A stretch of 64,000 bases of DNA, from contig JAZNNQ010000001.1 in NCBI GenBank assembly GCA_045580305.1, forward strand, positions 115,340 to 179,339. The letters are read 5' to 3'. Below the pieces are notes generated by a model, which was not told where the DNA came from, ran no database searches, and was given only the letters and a program-made list of their open reading frames with translations. The DNA is from Eubacteriales bacterium. GTDB lineage: Bacteria > Bacillota > Clostridia > Oscillospirales > JAAYXM01. A program made the translations under genes and the position numbers. Below are positions 50,579 through 61,916 of the stretch, piece by piece. The stretch's first letter is position 1. The number at the start of each line of letters is the position of its first letter.

Positions 50579-51808
50579 ATGTCAGACAATACTAAAAAAT
50601 GCTCTTTTTGCGGTAAAACTCAGGAAGAAGCGGGTCGCCTTATTGCAGGACAAACCGGTTATATTTGTGATGACTGTGTACTTCTTTGCAAAGAGCTTAT
50701 TGACAGATATATTACCGACAGTGACGAGCCTACCACTATGGATGAGCGTGAGATAACCCTTTTAAAGCCTAAGGAAATACACGAGCGCCTTAATGAGTAT
50801 ATTGTTGGACAGGACAGTGCTAAGATAGCACTTGCAGTAGCGGTTTACAACCATTATAAGCGTATTATGTCCCTTGAAGACAGTGATGATGTAGAGCTTC
50901 AGAAAAGTAATATTCTTATGATCGGTCCTACCGGTTGCGGTAAAACCTTGTTTGCTCAGACCCTCGCTAAGATGCTCAATGTTCCATTTGCTATCGCAGA
51001 TGCAACAACATTAACCGAGGCAGGTTATGTGGGTGAAGATGTAGAGAATATTTTGCTCCGTTTAATTCAAGCGGCTGATTACGACATAGAAGCGGCTGAA
51101 AAGGGCATTATATATATTGATGAAATTGATAAAATTGCGCGAAAGAGCGAGAATGTATCTATCACTCGCGATGTATCCGGTGAAGGCGTACAGCAGGCAC
51201 TTTTGAAACTTCTTGAAGGTACGGTTGCGAATGTGCCGCCTCAGGGTGGCAGAAAGCATCCCCATCAGGAATTTATACAGATAAACACTGCTAACATTCT
51301 CTTTATTTGCGGTGGCGCTTTTGATGGTATTGATAAGGTTATTTCAAAGCGTACTACTAAAAATGGAATAGGCTTTGGTGCTGAAATTACAAGTAAGGAA
51401 GAAAAAGAACTCTCCAGTCTTCTGCAGAAGGTAGAGCCGCACGATTTACTTAAGTTTGGTATCATTCCTGAGCTTGTAGGTCGTCTTCCGGTAATTGCGC
51501 CGTTAGAAGCACTTGATCGCGAGGCCATGATTAAAATCTTAACCGAGCCGAAAAATGCTCTTACAAAGCAGTATAAGAAGCTCCTTTCAATGGATGGAGT
51601 AGAGCTTGAGTTTACACAAGACGCTTTAGAGGCAATTGCCGATAAGGCAATCGAGCGCAAGATCGGTGCAAGAGGCCTTCGTGCAGTGCTTGAAGGCGTT
51701 ATGACAAAGGTAATGTATGATATCCCGTCGGATGAAAGCATATTCAAGGTAACCGTTACCAAGGAATGTGTCACCGACAAGGCGGAGCCCGAAATTGAGA
51801 GAGAGTAA
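50579..51808 (+). CDS. clpX: ClpX ATPase
   Basis: Zn-finger [27 protein letters not shown]. Confidence 0.97.
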   Translation: MSDNTKKCSFCGKTQEEAGRLIAGQTGYICDDCVLLCKELIDRYITDSDEPTTMDEREITLLKPKEIHERLNEYIVGQDSAKIALAVAVYNHYKRIMSLEDSDDVELQKSNILMIGPTGCGKTLFAQTLAKMLNVPFAIADATTLTEAGYVGEDVENILLRLIQAADYDIEAAEKGIIYIDEIDKIARKSENVSITRDVSGEGVQQALLKLLEGTVANVPPQGGRKHPHQEFIQINTANILFICGGAFDGIDKVISKRTTKNGIGFGAEITSKEEKELSSLLQKVEPHDLLKFGIIPELVGRLPVIAPLEALDREAMIKILTEPKNALTKQYKKLLSMDGVELEFTQDALEAIADKAIERKIGARGLRAVLEGVMTKVMYDIPSDESIFKVTVTKECVTDKAEPEIERE

Positions 51809-51844
51809 AAACTAAACTTGCACGGAAAGTGAGGAAGCCCCGAA

Positions 51845-54265
51845 ATGCAAGAAAACACAGCAAAAATTACAGAAATTATGCCGGTATTGCCCCTTCGCGG
51901 ACTTACCGTTTTTCCGGGGATGAATGTTCATTTCGATGTGGGTCGTGAAAAGTCTGCAAAGGCACTTCACGCCGCAATGGGCAGGGGACAAAGAATTTTA
52001 CTTGTCACCCAGAAAGAAATGACCGATGATGACCCCAATATAAGCGATTTATATACATTAGGCACAATTGCCCATGTGGAGCAGATTTTAAAGTTCCCCA
52101 CGGGCGAAAATATGCGCGTGCTTGTAAAAGGTGAAACAAGAGCGATCATTGAAGGCGTTATAAGAACTTCGCCTTATCTTGAAGCTGAAATTTCACGGGC
52201 ACCTACTTTGAATGTCCGCGAAAGCCAACTTAAAATAGAGGCACTTATTCGTTCCACTCATGAGCTTTTTCAGGAGTATGCTGAGCTTGCACCTCGTATG
52301 ACCCAAGATGTTGTTCTTGGCGTTTTGAGTAAAAACGACCCGGGCGAGCTTTCGGACTTTATTGCTCAGAATTTATCCACACCATATCAAAATAAGCAGT
52401 CTATTTTAGAGGAAATACACCCCTTCCGCCGTCTTACTATGACCAATAAGCTTTTAAATCGCGAGCTTGAAATTCTCCGTTTGGAAACCGACATAGCAGG
52501 ACAGGTAAGGGAACAGATAGACAAGAACCAACGCGATTATTTCCTTCGCGAGCAACTTCGCGCCATTCAAAACGAGCTTGGAGAAGGCGAAGAGATAATG
52601 AGCGAGCAGGAGGAGTATCGTAAGAAAATTGCGGCACTCGAGTTACCTGCTGAAGCGGAAGAAAAGCTTCTGCGCGAGGTGGCAAGGCTTTCCAAGATGC
52701 AGATGACATCTCCGGAAGGAACTGTTATCCGCAACTATCTTGATTCATGTCTTGACCTGCCGTGGAATATACGAACAAAGGATAAAAAGGGCCTTGCCGC
52801 AGCAAAAAAAGTTCTTGATCGTGACCATTACGGTATGGAGCGCGTAAAAGAGCGTATTATTGAGTTTATTGCGGCACGCCAGCTTGCACCGGATATTAAG
52901 GGGCAGATTATCTGTCTCGTTGGTCCTCCCGGTGTTGGTAAAACTTCTATCGGTAAGTCTGTAGCTGAGGCACTTGGCAGAAAGTTTGCGCGTCTATCCT
53001 TAGGTGGTGTTCGTGATGAGGCGGATATCAGAGGTCACCGCAAAACATACATTGGTGCAATGCCGGGCAGAATTATGAATGCTCTTAAAATTGCAGGAAG
53101 TAAAAATGCGCTTCTCTTGCTCGATGAGATCGACAAGATGAGCTCTGACTTCAGAGGTGATCCTACGGCGGCTCTTTTAGAGGTACTGGATGCTGAGCAG
53201 AACCACGCGTTCCGCGATCACTACATCGAACTTCCTTTTGATTTATCAGAGGTTATGTTTATTACCACAGCAAATACAACATCAACCATTCCAGCTCCGC
53301 TTCTTGATCGTATGGAAGTAATAGAACTTTCCAGTTATACGACCGAGGAGAAATTTAATATTGCGAAAAAACACCTTCTTCCCAAGCAGATGAAGCGTCA
53401 CGGCCTTGATAAGACAAACTTCAAAATGGAAGACAGCGCTATTTACAAGGCTATTGAATGCTACACACGCGAAGCGGGTGTCAGAACTTTAGAGCGCGAG
53501 CTTGGTACGATTTGCCGTCGTGCTGCAAAGAAGATTGTGGCAGGTGAGGATAAGAAGGTTTGCATTACAACCAAGAATTTGGTTGATTTCTTAGGTGTAA
53601 TTAAATTCCGCTCCGAGCGCAACAACATTATGGAAGAACCCGGTGTTGTAAATGGCCTTGCGTGGACATCTGTCGGCGGTGAGCTTCTTGAGGCTGAAGT
53701 CAGCGTTGTTGAGGGTAGCGGAAAAATCGAAATTACCGGTAATTTGGGCACCGTAATGAACGAGTCTGCAAAAGCTGCGCTTACCTATGTGAGAAGCCGT
53801 GCAGAGGTATTTGATATCGACCACGACTTCCATAAGAAGTCCGATATTCACATTCATTTTCCCGAAGGTGCTATTCCCAAGGATGGCCCTAGTGCCGGTA
53901 TTACAATTGCAACTGCACTTATCAGCGCACTTACCAATATTCCCGCGCATTCAGATATTGCTATGACAGGTGAAATATCAATCCGCGGAAGAGTTTTGCC
54001 TATCGGCGGACTTAAGGAAAAGAGTATGGCGGCATATAGGGCAGGAATCAAGAAGATCATTATTCCGCAGGATAATGTTAAGGATTTAGAAGAAATTGAC
54101 GCTGTTGTGCGGGAGAAGATTGAATTCATTCCCGTTACCCATGCAGACCAGGTTATTTCCAATGCAATTGATATAAGCAAATTGCCTAAGGCCGATACCG
54201 ACAGCAAAGCACCGCTTTTGCCAATAAATAGCAAGAAAAACAAGCCTGTAAGAATTCGCCAATAG
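51845..54265 (+). CDS. lon: Lon protease
   Basis: GPPGVGKT, DEIDK, KDGPSAG, IGGLKEK. Confidence 0.97.
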   Translation: MQENTAKITEIMPVLPLRGLTVFPGMNVHFDVGREKSAKALHAAMGRGQRILLVTQKEMTDDDPNISDLYTLGTIAHVEQILKFPTGENMRVLVKGETRAIIEGVIRTSPYLEAEISRAPTLNVRESQLKIEALIRSTHELFQEYAELAPRMTQDVVLGVLSKNDPGELSDFIAQNLSTPYQNKQSILEEIHPFRRLTMTNKLLNRELEILRLETDIAGQVREQIDKNQRDYFLREQLRAIQNELGEGEEIMSEQEEYRKKIAALELPAEAEEKLLREVARLSKMQMTSPEGTVIRNYLDSCLDLPWNIRTKDKKGLAAAKKVLDRDHYGMERVKERIIEFIAARQLAPDIKGQIICLVGPPGVGKTSIGKSVAEALGRKFARLSLGGVRDEADIRGHRKTYIGAMPGRIMNALKIAGSKNALLLLDEIDKMSSDFRGDPTAALLEVLDAEQNHAFRDHYIELPFDLSEVMFITTANTTSTIPAPLLDRMEVIELSSYTTEEKFNIAKKHLLPKQMKRHGLDKTNFKMEDSAIYKAIECYTREAGVRTLERELGTICRRAAKKIVAGEDKKVCITTKNLVDFLGVIKFRSERNNIMEEPGVVNGLAWTSVGGELLEAEVSVVEGSGKIEITGNLGTVMNESAKAALTYVRSRAEVFDIDHDFHKKSDIHIHFPEGAIPKDGPSAGITIATALISALTNIPAHSDIAMTGEISIRGRVLPIGGLKEKSMAAYRAGIKKIIIPQDNVKDLEEIDAVVREKIEFIPVTHADQVISNAIDISKLPKADTDSKAPLLPINSKKNKPVRIRQ

Positions 54266-54279
54266 GGAGGACTGCCCTT

Positions 54280-54876
54280 ATGACTATCAATTTAAATAAT
54301 GCGGAATTTATCCGTTCTGCGGTGAAAACCGCGGATTTTCCGCAGGATGACCTTAAGAGAGTTGTTTTTGCAGGCAAGTCCAATGTGGGCAAGTCATCGG
54401 TCATAAACAGGCTTTTGAATCGCAAAAATTTTGCAAGAGTTGGCGCCTCACCGGGAAAAACGACACATATCAATTTCTTTATGATTGATAAGGCGTTTTA
54501 TTTGGTAGATTTGCCCGGTTATGGTTACGCTAAGGTTTCTCAAAAGGAGCGTGAGCGTTGGGGTAGACTGATCGAGGAATTCTTTGCTGATGAAAGCCAG
54601 ATATCCTACGGTGTATTTATCGTTGATATTCGACACAAGCCGACGGATAATGACCTAACGATGGCAGAGTGCTTCAAGGGATTAGGAATACCTTTCTGCG
54701 TGGTTGCGAATAAGTCGGACAAGCTTAAAAAAAGCCAGATAGAGCCGGCAATTGACCTGATCGCTGATACCCTTGATATTTCCCGGGATATAATTGTTCC
54801 GTTCTCAGCTGAAAAAGGAGAGGGCAGAGATAGCGTTTTGGAAAAGATTTACTTTAATCTCAGTTTGGAGGGATAG
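54280..54876 (+). CDS. engB: Ribosome biogenesis GTPase YsxC/EngB
   Basis: GKSNVGKSS, PGKT, DLPGYGY. Confidence 0.95.
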   Translation: MTINLNNAEFIRSAVKTADFPQDDLKRVVFAGKSNVGKSSVINRLLNRKNFARVGASPGKTTHINFFMIDKAFYLVDLPGYGYAKVSQKERERWGRLIEEFFADESQISYGVFIVDIRHKPTDNDLTMAECFKGLGIPFCVVANKSDKLKKSQIEPAIDLIADTLDISRDIIVPFSAEKGEGRDSVLEKIYFNLSLEG

Positions 54877-54879
54877 AGT

Positions 54880-56181
54880 GTGATATCTCCGTGTTTATCC
54901 ATAAATGAAAAAGGACACCTTGCAATCGGCGATGTTGATGTACCATCGCTTGCAAAGGAGTATAATACACCGCTCTATATAATGGATGAGGATTTTATCC
55001 GCGAAACCTGCCGTGAATACAGAACGGCTATGAAAAAGTATTACGGCGATAATTTCCTTGTATGCTATGCCAGCAAGGCATTTTGTACCAAGTATATGTA
55101 CCGTATTCTTGCTGAAGAGCAGATGGGTGCCGATGTTGTTTCCGGTGGCGAGCTTTATACAGCAAACAGCGCCGGATTTCCTATGGATAGGATTTATTTC
55201 CACGGAAATAACAAAACAAAAGACGAAATAATGCTTGCGCTTTCTCTTAATATCCGTCGTTTTGTAGTGGATAACTTGGAAGAACTTGAACTTCTCAACG
55301 AATTATCAATTGAAGCGGGGAAAGTGTCTGAAATTTCCTTCAGAATTAAGCCCGGTGTGGATGCACACACTCATGATTTTATCAAAACGGGTAACATCGA
55401 TTCTAAATTCGGCGTTGCATTAGAAAATGGTGAGGCTATCAAGATAATTGAAATCGCGTCAAAAATGAAAGGTATCAAGGTTATAGGTCTTCATTGTCAT
55501 ATTGGATCCCAGATATTTGATAACGAGCCATTTGAACATACCGCCCAGGTTATGATGCAGTTTTTAGCAGACATTCGTGAAAAACTGGGTATTACCATAA
55601 CCGAGCTTAATTTAGGTGGAGGCTTTGGCATTCGTTATATTGAAGCAGATGATCCTGAATCCATTGATACAACCGTGAAACTGTTTACAGATGCGGTTAA
55701 AGCGAAGGCTGAAGCACTATCGTTCCCGCTTCCGTTCTTGGTAATTGAACCCGGCCGTTCGATAGTGGCATCAAGCGGAATAACCGTTTATACCGTTGGC
55801 TCGGTCAAAGAAATAAAAGGTGTCCGCACCTATGTTTCCGTTGATGGTGGTATGACTGACAATCCCAGATATGCGCTTTATCTTGCGGATTACACTGCTT
55901 GTGCGCCTGAAAAAATGAATGAAGAGGCAAGTGAATGTATAACACTTGCAGGTCGTTCTTGTGAGAGCGGCGACTTAATCGGTAAGGACATGATGCTGCA
56001 GAAGGTAGAGAAGGGTGATTTGGTTGCCGTTCTTGCAACCGGTGCATATAACTACTCAATGGCATCAAATTACAACCGTGTACCCAAACCTCCGGTAGTT
56101 ATGGTATCCGGCGGTAAAAGCAAGCTTGTTGTTCGTCGCGAAACCTACGAAGACATAATTGCCAAGGATATTTGTGAATAA
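54880..56181 (+). CDS. lysA: Diaminopimelate decarboxylase
   Basis: YASKA, HIGSQI, EPGR, CESGD, GAYNYSM. Confidence 0.95.
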   Translation: MISPCLSINEKGHLAIGDVDVPSLAKEYNTPLYIMDEDFIRETCREYRTAMKKYYGDNFLVCYASKAFCTKYMYRILAEEQMGADVVSGGELYTANSAGFPMDRIYFHGNNKTKDEIMLALSLNIRRFVVDNLEELELLNELSIEAGKVSEISFRIKPGVDAHTHDFIKTGNIDSKFGVALENGEAIKIIEIASKMKGIKVIGLHCHIGSQIFDNEPFEHTAQVMMQFLADIREKLGITITELNLGGGFGIRYIEADDPESIDTTVKLFTDAVKAKAEALSFPLPFLVIEPGRSIVASSGITVYTVGSVKEIKGVRTYVSVDGGMTDNPRYALYLADYTACAPEKMNEEASECITLAGRSCESGDLIGKDMMLQKVEKGDLVAVLATGAYNYSMASNYNRVPKPPVVMVSGGKSKLVVRRETYEDIIAKDICE

Positions 56182-56185
56182 TGAG

Positions 56186-56223
56186 AAAAGCCTTTTTTCA
56201 TCAATATGAAAAGAGGCTTTTTT
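56186..56223 (+). terminator. lysA terminator
   Basis: aaagccttttttcat/atgaaaagaggcttt followed by Ts. Confidence 0.65.
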
Positions 56224-56310
56224 ACTTAAAAAAATGCGAAATAATTATAGACTTTTTGGAAAAAATATGTTAATATATAAAATGATTTTTGTATATTGGA
56301 GTGAAATTGC

Positions 56311-57702
56311 GTGAAGTTAGAAACTGTTAAAAATTTATATCGAAATACAGCGGATTTTGACGGCAAAAAGGTCACCGTTGGCGGCTGGGCTCGCACCATT
56401 CGCGATTCTAAGGTTTTTGGTTTTATCGAGCTTAATGACGGATCTTTCTTTAAGAGTGTTCAGATAGTGCTTGATGACACACTTCCGAATTTTAAGGAGA
56501 TCATAAAATTAAATGTTGGCAGTGCGCTTGTTGTTACAGGTACTGTTGTAGTTACTCCTGATGCAAAGCAGCCTTTTGAAATTAAGGCTGAGGAAATTGC
56601 CATAGAAGGCGAGAGCACTCAGGATTATCCGCTTCAGAAGAAGCGCCATTCAATGGAGTTTTTACGCACCATTGCATACCTTCGCCCCAGAACAAACACT
56701 TTCTCTGCAGTTTTCCGTGTAAGAAGTGTTGCGGCATATGCAATTCATAAGTTCTTCCAGGAGCGCGGATTTGTTTATGCTCAGACTCCAATCATTACAG
56801 GTAGCGACTGCGAGGGTGCAGGTGAGATGTTCCGCGTTACCACTCTTGATATGGAAAATTTACCTCGTACAGAGGATGGCAAGGTAGATTTTAACGAGGA
56901 CTTCTTCGGCAGAGAGACAAATCTTACGGTATCCGGTCAGCTTGAGGCAGAAACCTTTGCTCTTGCATATGGTAAGACATATACCTTTGGTCCTACTTTC
57001 CGAGCTGAAAACTCAAATACTGCGCGCCATGCGGCAGAGTTCTGGATGATCGAGCCGGAGATCGCATTTGCTGATCTTAAGGATGATATGGAACTTGCTG
57101 AGGCAATGGTTAAGTTTGTTATATCCTATGTTCTTGAGCAGTGTCCTGAGGAAATGGAATTCTTCAACAACTTCTTTGACAAGGGTCTTATTGAGCGCCT
57201 TACTGCAATCGTTAATGCTGATTTCGGTGTTATGGATTACACCGACGGTATCAAAATACTTGAAGAGCACAAGGATGAATTTGAGTATCCTGTTTATTGG
57301 GGTTGTGATTTACAGACCGAGCATGAACGCTTCTTAACTGAGAAAATTATGAAGAAGCCGATGTTCCTTATCAACTATCCGAAGGAGATCAAGGCATTCT
57401 ATATGCGTGTTAATGACGATAATAAGACCGTTGCAGCTATGGACTTGTTTGTTCCCGGTATTGGCGAGCTTATCGGCGGTAGTCAGCGTGAGGAGCGTTA
57501 CGATGTCCTTCTTTCTCGTATTCGTGAGCTTGGCCTTAACGAAGCTGATTATGAGTGGTATTTAAACCTTCGTCGTTTTGGCGGTACACATCATGCAGGT
57601 TTTGGTCTTGGCTTTGAGCGTATGATTATGTACTTAACAGGTGTTTCAAATATTCGTGATGTACTTGCTTTCCCGCGTACAGCAGGCAAGTTTGGTTTCT
57701 AA
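56311..57702 (+). CDS. asnS: Asparaginyl-tRNA synthetase
   Basis: [35 protein letters not shown]. Confidence 0.96.
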   Translation: MKLETVKNLYRNTADFDGKKVTVGGWARTIRDSKVFGFIELNDGSFFKSVQIVLDDTLPNFKEIIKLNVGSALVVTGTVVVTPDAKQPFEIKAEEIAIEGESTQDYPLQKKRHSMEFLRTIAYLRPRTNTFSAVFRVRSVAAYAIHKFFQERGFVYAQTPIITGSDCEGAGEMFRVTTLDMENLPRTEDGKVDFNEDFFGRETNLTVSGQLEAETFALAYGKTYTFGPTFRAENSNTARHAAEFWMIEPEIAFADLKDDMELAEAMVKFVISYVLEQCPEEMEFFNNFFDKGLIERLTAIVNADFGVMDYTDGIKILEEHKDEFEYPVYWGCDLQTEHERFLTEKIMKKPMFLINYPKEIKAFYMRVNDDNKTVAAMDLFVPGIGELIGGSQREERYDVLLSRIRELGLNEADYEWYLNLRRFGGTHHAGFGLGFERMIMYLTGVSNIRDVLAFPRTAGKFGF

Positions 57703-57725
57703 TTCTTGTTTTTGGAGGAAAATAT

Positions 57726-59003
57726 ATGGCAGCATTTAGTGCTATGAGTAGGGAAGAGCTTACCGCCCTTCGTGATAGACTTTACACAGAATACGAGAGA
57801 TTTAAGGCAAAAGGGTTAAAACTTGATATGTCGAGAGGTAAGCCCGGCGCTGACCAGCTCGATATTTCAAACGAGCTTCTTACTATGGTCTCTTCAACTG
57901 AGGAAGCTAAAATCAATGGTACGGACACTCGTAACTACGGCGGTCTTGACGGTCTTCCTGAAATGAAAAAGTTGTTTGCCGATATGCTTGGTGTTGATAC
58001 TGCTGAAATTATCGTAGGTGGCAACTCAAGCCTTAATATGATGTACGATACCGTTGCTCGCGCGATGATTTTCGGTATTATGGATTCAACCCCGTGGGGC
58101 AAGCTTGACGAGGTCAAATTCCTTTGTCCCGCACCTGGCTATGACCGACATTTCACCGTATGCCAGACCTTTGGTATTAAGATGATACCCGTTGAAATGA
58201 AAGATGACGGTCCGGATATGGATGCTGTTGAAAAATTGGTTTCTGCCGATGAGTCTATCAAGGGTATATGGTGTGTCCCCAAATACTCGAATCCGGGCGG
58301 TGTTACTTACAGTGATGAGGTTGTTCGTCGTTTTGCGGACCTCAAGCCTGCTGCGAAGGATTTTCGTATATTCTGGGATAATGCATATGTTGTACATGAT
58401 TTATATGACACAACCGATCCGCTTCTCAATATTTTAGATGAGTGCAAGAAAGCGGGAAATGAGGATTTATGCTATATTTTCGCTTCCACTTCTAAAGTTA
58501 CTTTCCCGGGCGCCGGAGTTGCGGTTATGGCGGGAAGTGTCGCTAATATGGATGCAACCCGTAAACTTATGACATTCCAGACCATTGGTCCGGATAAGGT
58601 TAACCAGCTTCGCCACATCCGTTTCCTCAAGGATATGGACGGCGTTCGTACCCATATGAAAAAGCATGCGGACATTATAAGACCTAAGTTTGAAATCGTT
58701 TTAAACACACTTGATAAAGAGTTATCTGCCCTTGAAATTGCACAGTGGCACAAGCCTAACGGTGGCTATTTTATCAGTCTCGATGTATATCCCGGATGTG
58801 CAAAGAGGGTACACGCGCTCTTAAAGGATGCGGGTGTTGTTATGACCGGTGCCGGCGCTACTTTCCCATATGGCAATGATCCTATGGATCGTAATCTTCG
58901 TATTGCACCGACATTCCCGACGGTTTCCGAACTTGAAATTGCGGTTAATATGCTTTGCCTTTGCGTAAAACTTACCGCTATTGACAAAATACTTGAAAAT
59001 TAG
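57726..59003 (+). CDS. PLP-dependent class I/II aminotransferase (aspartate aminotransferase-like)
   Basis: LDMSRGKP, PGYDRHF, WDNAY, STSKVTF, RIAP. Confidence 0.88.
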   Translation: MAAFSAMSREELTALRDRLYTEYERFKAKGLKLDMSRGKPGADQLDISNELLTMVSSTEEAKINGTDTRNYGGLDGLPEMKKLFADMLGVDTAEIIVGGNSSLNMMYDTVARAMIFGIMDSTPWGKLDEVKFLCPAPGYDRHFTVCQTFGIKMIPVEMKDDGPDMDAVEKLVSADESIKGIWCVPKYSNPGGVTYSDEVVRRFADLKPAAKDFRIFWDNAYVVHDLYDTTDPLLNILDECKKAGNEDLCYIFASTSKVTFPGAGVAVMAGSVANMDATRKLMTFQTIGPDKVNQLRHIRFLKDMDGVRTHMKKHADIIRPKFEIVLNTLDKELSALEIAQWHKPNGGYFISLDVYPGCAKRVHALLKDAGVVMTGAGATFPYGNDPMDRNLRIAPTFPTVSELEIAVNMLCLCVKLTAIDKILEN

Positions 59004-59022
59004 TTAGAAAAGGTGAGTTCTA

Positions 59023-60453
59023 ATGAACGATAAGTACCAGACACCATTAGGTTCGCGATATGCCAGCGATGAGATGCTCTACATCTTTTCGCCTGATATG
59101 AAATTTAAAACATGGCGCAGACTTTGGATCGCGCTTGCAAAGGCTGAGCACGAGCTTGGTTTGCATGTTACCCAGGAACAAATCGACGAACTTATTTCCC
59201 AGAAAGACAACATAGATTATGATGCTGCTCGCAAGCACGAAAAAGAAGTTCGTCACGATGTTATGGCTCATGTGTTAACTTATGGAGAACAGTGTCCAAA
59301 CGCGAAGCCTATCATTCACCTTGGTGCTACCAGCTGTTATGTAGGCGATAATACAGACATCATTATTATGACCGAGGGTCTCAAGCTTGTTCGTCGCCGC
59401 TTGGTTAGTGTTATTTCTGCACTTTCCAGATTTGCTGATACTTATAAGGATATGCCTACTTTGGGATACACACATTTCCAGTCGGCACAGCTCACTACAG
59501 TTGGCAAGCGAGCAACTCTTTGGATCAATGAACTTCTTATGGATTTGGAGGAACTTGAATTCAGGATTGCCGGTATGAAGCTTCTCGGTTCTAAGGGCAC
59601 AACGGGCACTCAAGCGAGCTTTATGGAATTATTCAAAGGCGACGAGGACAAGATTCGTCGTATGGAAGATATAATTGCAAAAGAAATGGGTTTTGACGGC
59701 GTCGTTCCTGTTTCGGGTCAGACATATTCGCGAAAGATAGATTCTCAGATTCTTGCAACACTTTCGGGAATTGCTCAAAGTGCTTCCAAGTTTGCTACAG
59801 ATTTAAGACTCTTATCACATCTCAAGGAAGTGGAGGAGCCTTTTGAGGGTAAGCAGATCGGTTCATCTGCGATGCCTTATAAGAGAAATCCGATGCGTTC
59901 CGAGCGTATTTGTGCACTTGCTCGTTATGTGATGGCTGATGCAATGAATCCCACTATGACAGCGTCTGTTCAGTGGTTTGAGAGAACACTTGATGACTCT
60001 GCCAATAAGCGTATAGCAGTGCCTGAGGCCTTCCTTGCTATCGATGCAGTGCTTTTGATTTATCTCAACATTGCTTCCGGTATGATTGTTCATCCGAAGG
60101 TTATCGAAAAACATGTTATGAGCGAGCTGCCGTTTATGGCAACAGAAAATATTATGATGAGTGCGGTTGAAAAGGGTGGAGATCGTCAGGAACTCCATGA
60201 GAGAATTCGTATTCATTCAATTGCCGCGGGTAAGCGAATCAAGGAAGAAGGTCTTGACAATGACCTTATTACCAGAATTGCAAACGACCCGATGTTTGGT
60301 GTCAGCGAAGAGGAAGTGCTTGCAAACTTGAATCCTGCGGATTATACAGGCAGGGCTTCGAGCCAGGTAGATGACTTTATCAAGAATTGTGTTGCACCTG
60401 CTATTACCAAATATGAAGGTGAACTTGATACAAACGCTGAGCTTAATGTTTAG
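59023..60453 (+). CDS. purB: Adenylosuccinate lyase
   Basis: RHDVMAH, HLGATS, GSSAMPYKRNP. Confidence 0.96.
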   Translation: MNDKYQTPLGSRYASDEMLYIFSPDMKFKTWRRLWIALAKAEHELGLHVTQEQIDELISQKDNIDYDAARKHEKEVRHDVMAHVLTYGEQCPNAKPIIHLGATSCYVGDNTDIIIMTEGLKLVRRRLVSVISALSRFADTYKDMPTLGYTHFQSAQLTTVGKRATLWINELLMDLEELEFRIAGMKLLGSKGTTGTQASFMELFKGDEDKIRRMEDIIAKEMGFDGVVPVSGQTYSRKIDSQILATLSGIAQSASKFATDLRLLSHLKEVEEPFEGKQIGSSAMPYKRNPMRSERICALARYVMADAMNPTMTASVQWFERTLDDSANKRIAVPEAFLAIDAVLLIYLNIASGMIVHPKVIEKHVMSELPFMATENIMMSAVEKGGDRQELHERIRIHSIAAGKRIKEEGLDNDLITRIANDPMFGVSEEEVLANLNPADYTGRASSQVDDFIKNCVAPAITKYEGELDTNAELNV

Positions 60454-60471
60454 AAAATATTTCTATAGTCA

Positions 60472-60500
60472 TTGACTAAACGGAATATATTGTATATAAT
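60472..60500 (+). promoter_or_regulatory. SigA promoter of secDF
   Basis: TTGACT-17 nt-TATAAT. Confidence 0.7.
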
Positions 60501-60593
60501 ATATGAATGTGTATAGCATATACAACTAAATATGCTATATTACATATACGCAAATTGTTTTAATTTGCGAATTACTTAAGGAGGCAGAAAACA

Positions 60594-61898
60594 ATGGGAA
60601 AGAGTATAGTAACTTTCGTTGCTTCGCTTGTGGTCATTGCCATTCTGGTTACAATTACACTTGTAGGCTTTAACCTTGGCGTTGTCAACATCCCGAAAGC
60701 ACAGGACGGCATTCGTCTTGGTCTTGACCTTAAGGGTGGTTCTGTTATCACTTTTGAGGCTCAGATCGAAGAGGGTATGGACACCTCTAATTTAAAAGAA
60801 GATATGGAAACAGCTCAGACGGTTTTAAGAAAGCGTTTGGATGACCAGATGTACAACGAAGCTACTGTTCAGCTGGTTGGCGATAATCGCATTCGTGTTG
60901 AAATTCCGGAAATTACTAACCCGGAAGAAGCTGTTGAGCTTTTAGGTAAAACTGCGGTATTGGAATTCCGCGATGCTGACGGTGTTGTTGGTATTACCGG
61001 TAACGATATCGAGGAAGCCACAAGTGAATACGGTCAGCTTGAGCAGAATGGTCCTCAGCAGTATTTTGTAAGCTTAACACTTAAGCCCGATGCTGTTGCT
61101 AAGTTTACCGAAATGACCAAGAAGGCAGCTAATCGCAGCGCTGACGGTACCAACTTCATTGCAATTTATATGGATGATGTTATGCAGAGCAGCCCGAGTG
61201 TTGGTGCTGAGTATGCAGCTACCGGTATTAATTCTGAAAAGGTAACCATTACCGTTGGCGGTGGCGGCGAGCTTGGTGAGTCTCCGGCTGAATATGCAAA
61301 GAACCTTGCAAGTATTATCAACTCCGGTCGACTTCCGTTCGCTCTCAAGGATATTGAGCTTCGTTCCGTTGGCCCGACTCTTGGTGAGCAGGCTCTCGAG
61401 ACAAGCTTACTTGCAGCACTTATCGGGCTTATTCTTGTTATGATCTTTATGATCGTTATTTACCGTCTACCCGGTGTTGTTGCTTCAATTTCACTTATTT
61501 TCTACACAGCAATTGTTGTAATCATTCTTGCTGTTCTTAAGATCAACCTTTCACTTCCGGGTATTGCAGGTATCATACTCTCCATCGGTATGGCGGTTGA
61601 TGCTAATGTAATTATCTTTGAGCGTATTAAGGAAGAGTTGAGAGCAGGTAAGACTATCAAGGCATCTATTGATGCAGGCTTTAACCGTGCTGTTACAGCG
61701 GTTATGGACTCCAATATTACTACTCTTATTGCAGCGGTAGTTCTTGGTTTCTTTGGTACCGGTAGTATCCAGGGCTTTGCTTGGACACTCGGTATCGGCG
61801 TTGTTGTTTCACTGTTTACCGCAGTTATTGTTACTCGCTTCCTGCTTAAGCAGCTTGTTGGTATGAATATCAAGTCGCTTAAGGCTTACGGCGCGTAA
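60594..61898 (+). CDS. secD: Protein translocase subunit SecD
   Basis: LGLDLKGG, VGPTLG, GMAVDANVIIFERIKEE. Confidence 0.95.
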   Translation: MGKSIVTFVASLVVIAILVTITLVGFNLGVVNIPKAQDGIRLGLDLKGGSVITFEAQIEEGMDTSNLKEDMETAQTVLRKRLDDQMYNEATVQLVGDNRIRVEIPEITNPEEAVELLGKTAVLEFRDADGVVGITGNDIEEATSEYGQLEQNGPQQYFVSLTLKPDAVAKFTEMTKKAANRSADGTNFIAIYMDDVMQSSPSVGAEYAATGINSEKVTITVGGGGELGESPAEYAKNLASIINSGRLPFALKDIELRSVGPTLGEQALETSLLAALIGLILVMIFMIVIYRLPGVVASISLIFYTAIVVIILAVLKINLSLPGIAGIILSIGMAVDANVIIFERIKEELRAGKTIKASIDAGFNRAVTAVMDSNITTLIAAVVLGFFGTGSIQGFAWTLGIGVVVSLFTAVIVTRFLLKQLVGMNIKSLKAYGA

Positions 61899-61916
61899 GA
61901 GGGGAGGAGAAGAATT

